DNA from: an uncultured Pseudomonadales bacterium | Lineage (GTDB): Bacteria; Pseudomonadota; Gammaproteobacteria; Pseudomonadales; JAUIET01 | NCBI GenBank assembly: GCA_964544755.1 | Contig: CAZJDL010000003.1 | Location: 6,959 to 70,958 of the forward strand | Reading direction: 5' to 3' | DNA length: 64,000 bases | Shown here: positions 1-8,551 of the stretch, piece after piece | How positions within the stretch are numbered: the first letter of the stretch is position 1 | Layout of the letters: each line of letters opens with the position of its first letter | Position numbers and translations under genes: made by a program | Notes under the pieces: generated by a model | Databases searched by the model: none | Seen by the model: only the letters and a program-made list of their open reading frames with translations | Told to the model about the DNA's origin: nothing

Positions 1-516
1 GGTTTGTCCGGCAGTGGCAAAAGCACTGTTGCCGTTGCACTGGAAACCGAGCTGACTAAACGCGGCAAATTGTGTTTCCGGCTCGATGGTGACAATGTGC
101 GCTTGGGAATTAACAAAAACCTTGGTTTTAGCGCCGACGATCGCAAGGAGAACATTCGGCGTATTGGCGAAATCTCCAAGCTGTTCGTTGATGCAGGCGT
201 GCTTACCTTGAGCAGCTTTATCAGCCCCTATCGTGGTGATCGCGACCTGGCGCGCGAGGTACACGACAACGACGATATGGCTTTCCTCGAAGTGTACGTC
301 GAATGCGCGCTGGACGAGGCCGAAAAGCGCGACCCCAAGGGCTTGTACAAAAAGGCGCGCGCCGGAGAAATCAAAAACTTTACCGGCATCGATGACCCCT
401 ACGAAGAGCCGCTAAATCCTGAAATACACCTACACTCCGACACCATGAGCCTGGAACAAGAAGTAGAAATGATTATCCAGGCCCTGGAGCAGCGCGGGCT
501 GCTAAGCGGCGCATAA
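1..516 (+). CDS. cysC: adenylyl-sulfate (APS) kinase, 5' end cut by window edge
   Basis: Frame open from base 1. P-loop GLSGSGKST at the very start, followed by [20 protein letters not shown] and SFISPY motifs typical of CysC. Stop codon at 514-516. Confidence 0.9.
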   Translation, partial: GLSGSGKSTVAVALETELTKRGKLCFRLDGDNVRLGINKNLGFSADDRKENIRRIGEISKLFVDAGVLTLSSFISPYRGDRDLAREVHDNDDMAFLEVYVECALDEAEKRDPKGLYKKARAGEIKNFTGIDDPYEEPLNPEIHLHSDTMSLEQEVEMIIQALEQRGLLSGA

Positions 517-676
517 AGCGCTTAACAACACGCACAGGATAAAAGGCGACTTTTGCATCCTCGGCTTCGCAAGCAGCATATTCATGTGCTGCTCTTCCTT
601 TGCCGGTACAGCCATGTGCCGGTATGATATCGTTGAAAAATCAGTTTTCCAACGACCTGCTATTTGGAGCATATAA

Positions 677-1864
677 ATGATTAATCCCCACGGTTCGGCG
701 GAATTGAACCCGCTATTTGTTGACGACAGCGATCAGCGCAAAGCCTTGCTGCAGGAGGCCGAAGGCTTGCCCAGCCTGTTGGTTAGTTCGGCAACGGCGG
801 CCAATGCCGTGATGTTAGGCGCCGGCTATTTCAACCCGCTAACGGGCTATATGAATCTTGCCGACTCATTGAGCGTTGCTGCCACGTTGCATACGGTCGA
901 CGGTTTGTTTTGGCCGGTGCCTATTGTTAATCTGATCGACGACGCAACGGTTATTGAAGGCGCAAAACGTATTGCCCTGCGCGACCCCAACGTGGAAGGT
1001 AATCCGGTGCTTGCCGTGCAGACGGTTGCAGCTGTCGAACAAGTATCCACCGAACAGATCAACACAATGGCCGAGCAGATATTTGGCACGCTGGACGAAA
1101 AGCACCCCGGCGTTGCAGCGTTTACGAGCCAGGGTCGGCAGCTTGTTTCCGGCCCCATTCAAGTATTGAATTTTAGTTACTTCCAGCAGGACTTCCCCGA
1201 TACGTTTCGCACCGCGGTTGAAATTCGCAACGAAATTAGCGAGCATGGGTGGCAGACGGTTGTCGCGTTTCAAACCCGTAACCCCATGCACCGCGCTCAC
1301 GAAGAACTGTGCAAAATGGCGAAAGAAGCGGTTAATGCCGACGGTATACTGGTTCATATGCTGTTGGGAAAATTGAAACCCGGCGATATTCCGGCGCCGG
1401 TGCGCGACGCCGCCATACGAAAAATGGTGGAGTTATATTTTCCGCCCAACACCGTCATGGTAACCGGCTACGGTTTTGATATGCTCTACGCAGGACCGCG
1501 CGAAGCGGTACTGCATGCGGTGTTTCGGCAAAACTGCGGTTGCTCGCATCTTATCGTCGGTCGCGACCATGCTGGCGTAGGCGACTATTACGGCGCATTT
1601 GATGCACAAACTATCTTCGATGAAAAAGTACCGTCTGGCGCGCTGGCCATAGCAATCTTTAGCGCCGATCACACGGCTTACTCAAAGAAACTCAATAAAG
1701 TCGTGATGATGCGCGACGCGCCAGACCACGGCAAAGATGATTTCGTCCTGTTGTCAGGCACCAAGGTGCGCGAGATGTTAGCTGCCGGTCAGGATCTGCC
1801 GGGAGAATTCGCACGCCCCGAAGTCGCGAAGATTCTTATGGACTACTATCAATCGCAGGAGTAG
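677..1864 (+). CDS. sat: sulfate adenylyltransferase, homo-oligomeric Sat type (ATP sulfurylase)
   Basis: 395-aa ORF with QTRNPMHRAHEEL and GRDHAGVG motifs of Sat-type ATP sulfurylase. Lies directly downstream of cysC. Confidence 0.9.
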   Translation: MINPHGSAELNPLFVDDSDQRKALLQEAEGLPSLLVSSATAANAVMLGAGYFNPLTGYMNLADSLSVAATLHTVDGLFWPVPIVNLIDDATVIEGAKRIALRDPNVEGNPVLAVQTVAAVEQVSTEQINTMAEQIFGTLDEKHPGVAAFTSQGRQLVSGPIQVLNFSYFQQDFPDTFRTAVEIRNEISEHGWQTVVAFQTRNPMHRAHEELCKMAKEAVNADGILVHMLLGKLKPGDIPAPVRDAAIRKMVELYFPPNTVMVTGYGFDMLYAGPREAVLHAVFRQNCGCSHLIVGRDHAGVGDYYGAFDAQTIFDEKVPSGALAIAIFSADHTAYSKKLNKVVMMRDAPDHGKDDFVLLSGTKVREMLAAGQDLPGEFARPEVAKILMDYYQSQE

Positions 1865-2072
1865 GTATAAACTACTCTACGTTGCGCGCAGGAAGGCATC
1901 ATGTTGGCTGCGCGCGCGCCGTAGCCAAGCCGAGTGTCAACGGCGGCGAATTTGTAGCTTCTATAGCGGTTATTTTTACATTTGGGCGCGCAATAGTTAC
2001 GCTGCATTTGCGTAGGCGTGATGCTACTATTGCGCGGTTTATTTCATTCGAAAACAACAAGGGGGGGGCAAC

Positions 2073-2558
2073 ATGGGGTTGTTCGATTTTGTAAAAGAGG
2101 CTGGCGAAAAAATGTTCGGCGGCGATGACGAACCCAAAGCAACTGACTCCAGCGCGGTGTCGCAGGAGCGCATTAATGAGCTGCGCGGCCAGAGTATCGG
2201 CAAGTCGATCAGCGCGGCGGGTATTCAAGTAGACAATCTGCAAGTGGCCGTCGCTGGCGATATGGCTACGTTAAACGGCAACGTTGTCAAGCAGGAAGAC
2301 GCTGAAAAAGCCACATTGTGTGCGGGCAATCAACACGGTATTGCGCAAGTCGACTGCCAGCTGGCAGTACAAAACCCGCAAGCAGAAGCGACTTTCTATA
2401 CCGTGCAATCGGGCGACTCGCTGTCCAAAATTGCCAAGGCGCAATACGGCGATGCCATGCAGTACACGCAGATATTTGAAGCCAACAAGCCTATGCTGGC
2501 CGACCCGGAAAAGATTTATCCCGGCCAGGTGTTGCGTATTCCCACAGTCGCGGCATAA
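2073..2558 (+). CDS. kbp: BON/LysM domain protein (YgaU/Kbp family, potassium-binding protein)
   Basis: N-terminus MGLFDFVKEAGEKMFG is the YgaU/Kbp signature. C-terminal LysM domain (YTVQSGDSLSKIAKAQYGD..IFEANKPML..IYPGQVLRIP). Confidence 0.85.
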   Translation: MGLFDFVKEAGEKMFGGDDEPKATDSSAVSQERINELRGQSIGKSISAAGIQVDNLQVAVAGDMATLNGNVVKQEDAEKATLCAGNQHGIAQVDCQLAVQNPQAEATFYTVQSGDSLSKIAKAQYGDAMQYTQIFEANKPMLADPEKIYPGQVLRIPTVAA

Positions 2559-2573
2559 CGTGTGCCACATATG

Positions 2574-2619
2574 CCACCCCGATGCGCTTAGATTGCCCTG
2601 ACGCATAGCGGCGGGGTGG
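2574..2619. terminator. hairpin between convergent kbp and yciH (possible bidirectional terminator)
   Basis: ccaccccg (2574-2581) pairs with cggggtgg (2612-2619), with an inner atgcg/cgcat helix. No clear U-tract on either strand. Confidence 0.3.
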
Positions 2620-2635
2620 TACTCCTCTCCTAATC

Positions 2636-2989
2636 TCACCCGCCACTTATTTTCACTGTCCAGCGTTGTTCCAGTAGCGCCTTCGCCAACTCGCGCTGAT
2701 CGCCTTGCAATTCGATCACCCCATCTTTCACGGCGCCGCCAACACCGCATTTTTTCTTCAACTGCCTGGCCAACGCTTGTAGCTCCGGCGTCGCCAACGG
2801 TAAACCGCTGATCAACGTTACGCCGGCACCCTTGCGCCCCTTGGTTTGTCGGCCGATACGCACAACCGACTGCGCCGCTAATGCAGGTTTGCTTGTTTTA
2901 CACACGCAACTGGCTAGCGCGCGCAAACACTGCGGGCACCTACGTCCGCCATCGGTAGAGTACACCAGCCTGGATTGTTTCTTGGCCAT
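2636..2989 (-). CDS. yciH: SUI1/YciH family translation initiation factor-like protein
   Basis: 117 aa. Cys-rich N-terminal region (CPQC...CVC), then GRKGAGVTLISGL and ELQGDQRE motifs typical of YciH/SUI1. Confidence 0.85.
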   Translation of the reverse strand: MAKKQSRLVYSTDGGRRCPQCLRALASCVCKTSKPALAAQSVVRIGRQTKGRKGAGVTLISGLPLATPELQALARQLKKKCGVGGAVKDGVIELQGDQRELAKALLEQRWTVKISGG

Positions 2990-3001
2990 TACCTCGTCCT
3001 G

Positions 3002-3211
3002 CTAGTAATGTGGAGGCTTGTTGTTCTGCTCTTGCTCTGGCTCTTGTGATTCGACCAGCGTCTGCAAGCGCTCCAGCAGTTTACGATTCTGCCGCTGCAG
3101 TTGCTCGATCTGCTTCTGCTGCTGGAAAACGACATCATTAAGCGTTTGTGTCAGGTCTTCCTGATAGGCGATTTTGGATTCAACTTCAATAAGGCGTTGT
3201 TCGGTAGTCAT
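3002..3211 (-). CDS. slyX: SlyX family coiled-coil protein
   Basis: 69-aa ORF with the pattern RLIEVESKIAYQEDLTQTLNDVVFQQQKQIEQLQ typical of SlyX. Confidence 0.8.
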   Translation of the reverse strand: MTTEQRLIEVESKIAYQEDLTQTLNDVVFQQQKQIEQLQRQNRKLLERLQTLVESQEPEQEQNNKPPHY

Positions 3212-3268
3212 TGGCGAAGCCTTGGGTCAAAGCGCGAATTTTCAAGGTAAATAAGTAAAAAAGATCGG

Positions 3269-3297
3269 CTTGAAATTATCTTCGATGCACCCATTTT
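3269..3297 (+). promoter_or_regulatory. sigma-32 (RpoH)-type heat-shock promoter upstream of hsp20
   Basis: CTTGAAA at 3269-3275, a 13-nt spacer, then ACCCATTT at 3289-3296 (consensus CTTGAAA-N13-15-CCCCATnT). About 35 nt upstream of the hsp20 ATG, with RBS gagga in between. Confidence 0.6.
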
Positions 3298-3332
3298 AAC
3301 CCTGTCACAGTATTCAACACGAGGACTGAATC

Positions 3333-3758
3333 ATGAACGCATTATCTTACAATCGGTGGAGAAGAACGAATCCTTTGTTTGAGGATTTCAATCGTATGCT
3401 GTCGGTGGTCAACAGTGAAGCCGCACAATCTTACCATTGGACACCCAGCGCCGACATCGTGCGCAGCAACGACGAATTTCTGCTCGACCTGGATGTGCCC
3501 GGCGTCAAAGCCGAGGATATCAACTTGTCGGTGGCAGACAAAACGCTGACGATAGAGGGCGAACGGCTGAGCGAAAGCGAGCAAGGCGAGGTGTTACGCT
3601 CCGAGCGCCTGACCGGTAAGTTCAAACGCAGCTTTACGCTGTCTGATGCCATTGACGAGGAAGCTATCAAGGCAGAATTCAACAACGGTGTACTTCGCGT
3701 CACGCTGCGCAGGAAAGCCGAACTTGAACCGCGTCGCATTAGCGTTGAGGTGAAATAG
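3333..3758 (+). CDS. Hsp20/alpha-crystallin family small heat-shock protein
   Basis: 141 aa. Alpha-crystallin domain pattern WTPSADI..DEFLLDLDVPGVKAEDINLSV..LTIEGER...F.RSFTLSD.ID...I.AEFNNGVLRVTL. Confidence 0.9.
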   Translation: MNALSYNRWRRTNPLFEDFNRMLSVVNSEAAQSYHWTPSADIVRSNDEFLLDLDVPGVKAEDINLSVADKTLTIEGERLSESEQGEVLRSERLTGKFKRSFTLSDAIDEEAIKAEFNNGVLRVTLRRKAELEPRRISVEVK

Positions 3759-3779
3759 ACCTCTCGCAACGGGCTGATC

Positions 3780-3828
3780 AGCGCCGGGCTGTTCACTTGA
3801 ACGGCCCGGCGCTGTGTTTTTGTTTTTC
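3780..3828 (+). terminator. rho-independent terminator after hsp20
   Basis: 10-bp GC-rich stem agcgccgggc (3780-3789) / gcccggcgct (3804-3813), followed by gtgtttttgttttt. Confidence 0.75.
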
Positions 3829-3872
3829 TGTAATTCGTTATAATGTACTGTCATTTAAAATGAGACGACAAG

Positions 3873-4157
3873 GTGGATAAACAAGCTGAAGAAAGAGTTG
3901 AAGCAGCGGTGCTGCGGCGGCTGGTGGCGCACTTGGATGAACGCAACGACGTGCAGAATATTGACTTGATGAACCTCGCCGGCTTTTGCCGCAACTGCCT
4001 GGCCAAGTGGTTCGTGGCCGCGGCCGAGCAGGAAGGTTTGACGGTCGACTACGAACAGGCGCGTGAGCGTGTTTATGGCATGCCTTACAGCGACTGGAAA
4101 GCCAAATATCAACTCCCCGCCAGCGCCGAACAACTGGCGAAGCGGGAGCGGAATTAG
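3873..4157 (+). CDS. DUF1244 family protein
   Basis: 94 aa with the conserved FCRNCLAKW motif that I associate with DUF1244. Family assignment is from memory. Confidence 0.7.
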   Translation: MDKQAEERVEAAVLRRLVAHLDERNDVQNIDLMNLAGFCRNCLAKWFVAAAEQEGLTVDYEQARERVYGMPYSDWKAKYQLPASAEQLAKRERN

Positions 4158-4171
4158 ATTTCACTAACGCC

Positions 4172-4215
4172 GTCATTCCGGCGAAGGAGGGAATCTATGC
4201 CTGGATGGCGACTGC
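4172..4215. repeat. REP-like intergenic element (gtcattcc..ggaatc type)
   Basis: gtcattccggcgaaggagggaatctatgcctggatgg, containing a cattcc/ggaat(c) hairpin. Resembles the widespread proteobacterial 'gtcattcccgcgaaggcgggaatcca' repeat family. Sits between convergent genes. Confidence 0.4.
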
Positions 4216-4236
4216 ATTCAATACGCACTACACGAG

Positions 4237-4647
4237 CTACAACACGCTGCCATAAGGCAAAAAACGATTGCGCGTGTGTTGCTTAATCCATTGTATCTGC
4301 TCTTTGCTCAGCGGCTTGCCGCGCGCCTTGAGTGTCTTGTTAAGCCAGATCACCGGTGATTTATCTCCCGCTGTCCAACCCTGTAAGCGCATTTCGGCCA
4401 CGGTGAAAAAGCGTATCAAATGGTAAATGTCGGTGTCTGAGAGGGCGCTGACGGCGGCTTCCCAGGTTTTTTGTGGCAATGTCATCAACCTGGCGTGCAG
4501 CTGTTGCTGTTCAGCATTGAGAATTTCAGCTATGCCTTGCAGCTCCTCGCGCTGACTGATGTCGATAAAGCGCGCCAACGTCTCCACAGCTATTGCCGGG
4601 TCATTACTCGACGGTTGTAATTTTGGGTTCCAGCTTCCAACTGACAT
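4237..4647 (-). CDS. hypothetical protein (136 aa), likely co-transcribed with the upstream AstE/AspA-family gene
   Basis: Long ORF with no competing ORF, 46 bp downstream of the 4694-5722 gene on the same strand. No family recognised. Confidence 0.6.
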   Translation of the reverse strand: MSVGSWNPKLQPSSNDPAIAVETLARFIDISQREELQGIAEILNAEQQQLHARLMTLPQKTWEAAVSALSDTDIYHLIRFFTVAEMRLQGWTAGDKSPVIWLNKTLKARGKPLSKEQIQWIKQHTRNRFLPYGSVL

Positions 4648-4693
4648 GTTTTACTCCGCTGCGGGTTAGTAAGTTATTGTGTGAAACGCGTAA

Positions 4694-5722
4694 TCAACCC
4701 ATTCTATTTTCCTCTACCCCTAGTTCTTTGTGAAAGGCCTGAATCGATTCGGCGATTTTTCCGGCGTTCAGGAATTGAGCGATATTGAAAATCGCTTCGC
4801 CTTCATTGACCAAGGGAAGTGTGGTGCAGCCGATTACGATACCGTCGCCGGGCGCCTTGACGGTTGTTTCCGCGATACCCAGCGGCGCGCTGATCGTCGC
4901 CAGCTTGTCGCCTTTCGTGATGTAGCTGCCCAGGCGCACGGCGGGAGTAATGATGCCGTCTTGCCCGGCGCGAATCCACCTGGTGGCGCGCGCTACCATC
5001 GGTTGCTTCGACGGTTTTTTAAGCGGCCTGAGCATCCCCAGGCCGCGCATCACATTCAGTATTCCTTTGACACCGGCCACAATGGCGGCTTCGTCGAAGC
5101 GCATGGCTTCGCCGGCTTCATAGGTAATGGCCGAGATGCCGTTTGCATCAGCATAGCTGCGCAAAGATCCATCTAACAAGTGGGTATTGACCACTATCGG
5201 CACCGCAAAACTGTTCGCCATTGCTGCGGTTTCGGGGTCGTCCAGATAGGCGCGAATCTGCGGCAAATTAGAACGGTTGATCGCGCCGGTATGTAGGTCA
5301 ATGGCATGCGTGCATTTGCTCAATATTTCCGTGACAAAGCGGTTGGCAATGCGCGCGGCCAGCGATCCCGTTGCGCTGCCCGGCAAGCAGCGATTCAAAT
5401 CACGCCTGTCAGGCAGGTAGCGTGATCGATGAATAAAGCCGAACACATTGACGACGGGAACCACCATCAATGTGCCTTTAAGGCGCTGCAGTGCGGGCCT
5501 TTTTAGCAACCGGCGTATGATTTCCACACCGTTTAACTCGTCGCCATGAATAGCGGCACAGACTAACAATACGGGGCCATCCTGGCGGCCATGCATAATT
5601 TCGACAGGAATATGCAGCTCTGTATGGGTGTAAAGTTGCGCGGCGCGCAAGTCGAAGTTTGCACGTTCTCCGGGCGCTACGCTGTGGCCGTTGAAGTTGA
5701 ACGATTTGCGTTTGCTTGCCAC
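4694..5722 (-). CDS. succinylglutamate desuccinylase/aspartoacylase (AstE/AspA) family zinc hydrolase
   Basis: 342 aa. The AAIHGDELNGVEI zinc-binding motif and overall layout match the M14-like AstE/AspA family. Confidence 0.8.
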   Translation of the reverse strand: MASKRKSFNFNGHSVAPGERANFDLRAAQLYTHTELHIPVEIMHGRQDGPVLLVCAAIHGDELNGVEIIRRLLKRPALQRLKGTLMVVPVVNVFGFIHRSRYLPDRRDLNRCLPGSATGSLAARIANRFVTEILSKCTHAIDLHTGAINRSNLPQIRAYLDDPETAAMANSFAVPIVVNTHLLDGSLRSYADANGISAITYEAGEAMRFDEAAIVAGVKGILNVMRGLGMLRPLKKPSKQPMVARATRWIRAGQDGIITPAVRLGSYITKGDKLATISAPLGIAETTVKAPGDGIVIGCTTLPLVNEGEAIFNIAQFLNAGKIAESIQAFHKELGVEENRMG

Positions 5723-5927
5723 CCGTACTCCTTAGCTTATTTGGCCTTGATGCGCTCAATACCGAGACTTGGTAACCTTACCCGCTCGCGCCAACCCAGC
5801 CGCGGGTGCGGATTTTGGTCTTGCTGTCACCTGATTGTTCTGTGTTTGCGGGTAAGCCATGTTAGAACAATGTATTTGTCGCAGTCTACCGGGACGCAAA
5901 AACCACAGTGTAAACTCGAAGCCGACA

Positions 5928-6995
5928 ATGGATAACACCGGAAAAACAAGAAAAATCATTCATTGCGACTGCGATTGTTTCTACGCCGCCGTGGAGATAC
6001 GCGACGACCCGTCGTTGCAGGGCAAACCGGTCGCGGTGGGTGGTTCTGCCAATCGCCGCGGCGTTTTAACCACGTGCAATTACGCAGCGCGCGCTTTCGG
6101 CGCGCGATCGGCTATGCCCACCGCGATGGCCTTGAGGCTGTGCCCAGACCTCATCGTGTTGCCGGTCAACATGGAAAAATACCGTGTCGCGTCGCAGGCT
6201 GTGCAAGCCATCTTCGGGCAGTTTACCGGGCAAATAGAACCCCTGTCGCTGGACGAGGCTTTTCTGGATGTCAGTGCTAGCCGGTTGCTGCAGGGCAGTG
6301 CAACCCGCATCGCCCAGGAGATCAGGCGCCAGGTCGCAGCGGAAGTTGGAATAACCGTTTCAGCCGGCGTGGCGCCGAACAAGTTCCTGGCGAAAATTGC
6401 CAGCGACTGGCAAAAGCCCGACGGCTTAACCGTGATCAGACCCGAGCAAGTACAGCGTTTTGTCGCGCAGCTACCGGTCGACAAAATATTCGGCGTCGGC
6501 AAGGTGACCGCAGCCAAATTACGGCAGCTCGGCGTTAACAATTGTGCACAGTTGCAAAAGTTGTCACTGTTTGAGCTGGATCAAAAATTTGGCCGCTTCG
6601 GCAGGCGCTTGTTTGAATTGAGCCGCGGCATCGATCAGCGTGAAGTGCAAAGTGAGCGCACGCGCAAATCGCTGAGCGTTGAGCATACGCTGAATGAGAA
6701 TTTCGCCAGCGCTGACGAGTGTTTGCAATATTTACCGCGCCTGGTCGATGAACTGCAGCGGCGCCTGCTAAAGCACAGCGCGTCATACCAAATGAACAAG
6801 GTGTTTGTGAAACTTAAATTCAAGGATTTTACCTTAACAACGGCCGAGGCAATGGCTGAAAGTGTCGATAACCAGCTACTGGCCATGCTACTAACGAAAG
6901 CGTTTGGGCGTGCGAAGCTTTCCGTGCGTTTGATTGGCGTAGGTGTACGTTTTAAACCCAAGCCCGGTCCGCAGCGCGATTTGTTTAGCGAATAA
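5928..6995 (+). CDS. dinB: DNA polymerase IV (Y-family)
   Basis: IIHCDCDCFYAAVE (DMD.FYA-type catalytic motif), SLDEAFLDV, and GVAPNKFLAKIASD..KP.G. I prefer the ATG at 5928 over the track's 5859 because Pol IV homologues begin just before the IIH.D.D.F motif. Confidence 0.9.
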   Translation: MDNTGKTRKIIHCDCDCFYAAVEIRDDPSLQGKPVAVGGSANRRGVLTTCNYAARAFGARSAMPTAMALRLCPDLIVLPVNMEKYRVASQAVQAIFGQFTGQIEPLSLDEAFLDVSASRLLQGSATRIAQEIRRQVAAEVGITVSAGVAPNKFLAKIASDWQKPDGLTVIRPEQVQRFVAQLPVDKIFGVGKVTAAKLRQLGVNNCAQLQKLSLFELDQKFGRFGRRLFELSRGIDQREVQSERTRKSLSVEHTLNENFASADECLQYLPRLVDELQRRLLKHSASYQMNKVFVKLKFKDFTLTTAEAMAESVDNQLLAMLLTKAFGRAKLSVRLIGVGVRFKPKPGPQRDLFSE

Positions 6996-7096
6996 AGGCT
7001 GGCTAACACATGCGCTGTTTGGTTATCATCCGCTGCGTCTTTTTGCCGGCCACGCTGTGAGTGGTAAGCTCCCGAGCCAAATACCGGAGATAGAGT

Positions 7097-8527
7097 ATGA
7101 CGAAATCGCTGCTTCTTGGCCTGTCAGTCACGTTGCTGTCGTGGTGCCATATTGCCCTGTCGGCCGACCCCGCCAGCAGCGAATCGCTGCTGGACCCGGT
7201 GTCCAAACGCCTTGTTGCAGCAAAGAAGGCAGAGTTGGATGTTTTATCGCCACAAAGTTATGAGCGTGCCCGCAAGTCTTTCGAAAAAGCACAAACCCGA
7301 TTGCAACGCGGCAAAAGCCGTGAATCGATCAAGGAAGCACTAAGCGCAGCCAAGACCGCGCTGGCGAAAGCTGAAGAAAACGGGAAAACCGCCAGTATTA
7401 TGTTGCGCGATGGCATGGAGGCGCGTAACGATGCCCTGCAAGTGGAGGCCAATGAGTATGACGAACGCAGCTGGTCGAAAGCGGAAGCCTTGCTGCGCAA
7501 GGCCGCCGTCACGCTGGAAAAGGGCCGCATAAAAAGTGCGGAAAATAAAACGGAAGCTGCCGTCAGTGCCTACCGCGAGGTGGAATTGCGCGCGATAAAA
7601 TCCAGCTACCTGGCTGAAGCGGCAGACTTGATCGCCAAAGCGAAAGATAAAGACGTGGATGATCACGCGCCCAAAACTCTGGCCAAAGCCGAGCGCTTGC
7701 TGGCTGAAGCGGAACAAGCGCTTAACACAGACCGGTATGATACCGATCGCCCGCGCAGCCTGGCGCGCGAGGCAAAGTATGAGGCCATCCATTCCAGTTA
7801 CATTGCCGACGTGGTGCAACAGGAAAGCGATGACCGTGACACCACGGTTGAAGATCTTGTTGTGCAATGGGAAAAACCGTTCCGGCAGATCGCCGGCGAA
7901 CTGGATATTGTGGTCGACCTGTCTAACGGCAGCGCTCAGCCGACTAACGATATTGTTCAAGCGATCAATAATTTGAAAGCGGAGCTACGCGACCTGGGCC
8001 TGCAATTGGACGAGAAGAATCAGCAACTCATGCTGGCTCAAAGCCAGGCACAGGAAAGAATTGTGCTGGAGGAACAGCTTCGGCGCCAGGATGAAACCAA
8101 AGCGCGTTTCGCTCGCATTGAAAAAACTTTTTCTCCCGGTGAGGCCCAGGTTCTGCGCCAGGGCGATGACGTAATCATTCGTTTGATCGGTTTGTCCTTC
8201 GACAGCGGCAAGTCCGTGATCAACCCCTCTGGTTTCAGCGTGCTGAGCAAGGTAAAAGAAGTGATTCAGGTATTTCCCGGCAGCGAGTTTTCGGTAGAAG
8301 GGCATACCGATTCGTTCGGTGGCGATGCGGCCAACCAGAAACTATCGCAAAAACGTGCCGAATCCGTGCGCGCCTACCTGCTGGCAAATATGTCGCTGGA
8401 CGCTGCCCATATCACAGCGACAGGTTTCGGTGAAAGCAGGCCTATTGCAAATAACGAAAGCAACCAAGGGCGCGCTAAAAACCGTCGCATCGACCTGGTG
8501 ATTAAACCAGCTCCGTTTCGAGAGTAG
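7097..8527 (+). CDS. OmpA-family periplasmic/outer-membrane protein with long coiled-coil (DUF4398-like) region
   Basis: Signal peptide MTKSLLLGLSVTLLSWCHIALSA. About 330 aa of helical repeats. C-terminal OmpA/MotB domain (GHTDSFGGDAANQKLSQKRAESV...NRRIDLVI). Confidence 0.85.
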   Translation: MTKSLLLGLSVTLLSWCHIALSADPASSESLLDPVSKRLVAAKKAELDVLSPQSYERARKSFEKAQTRLQRGKSRESIKEALSAAKTALAKAEENGKTASIMLRDGMEARNDALQVEANEYDERSWSKAEALLRKAAVTLEKGRIKSAENKTEAAVSAYREVELRAIKSSYLAEAADLIAKAKDKDVDDHAPKTLAKAERLLAEAEQALNTDRYDTDRPRSLAREAKYEAIHSSYIADVVQQESDDRDTTVEDLVVQWEKPFRQIAGELDIVVDLSNGSAQPTNDIVQAINNLKAELRDLGLQLDEKNQQLMLAQSQAQERIVLEEQLRRQDETKARFARIEKTFSPGEAQVLRQGDDVIIRLIGLSFDSGKSVINPSGFSVLSKVKEVIQVFPGSEFSVEGHTDSFGGDAANQKLSQKRAESVRAYLLANMSLDAAHITATGFGESRPIANNESNQGRAKNRRIDLVIKPAPFRE

Positions 8528-8551
8528 TTCTACGCGCTGCGTTTTCAGGCC

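Noticed and set aside
5859-5927. Upstream extensions of dinB (5859), lysC (15943), csrA (17328), gspG (42480), gspH (42838) and fadE (11062)
   Set aside because: Homologue N-termini known from memory begin at the internal ATGs. The extensions carry no conserved sequence, and several overlap upstream genes.
5723-5927. LexA (SOS) box upstream of dinB
   Set aside because: I searched by eye for CTGT-N8-ACAG and found no match. Only partial CTG...CAG fragments are present. The result is unresolved rather than negative, since this lineage may use a different LexA motif.
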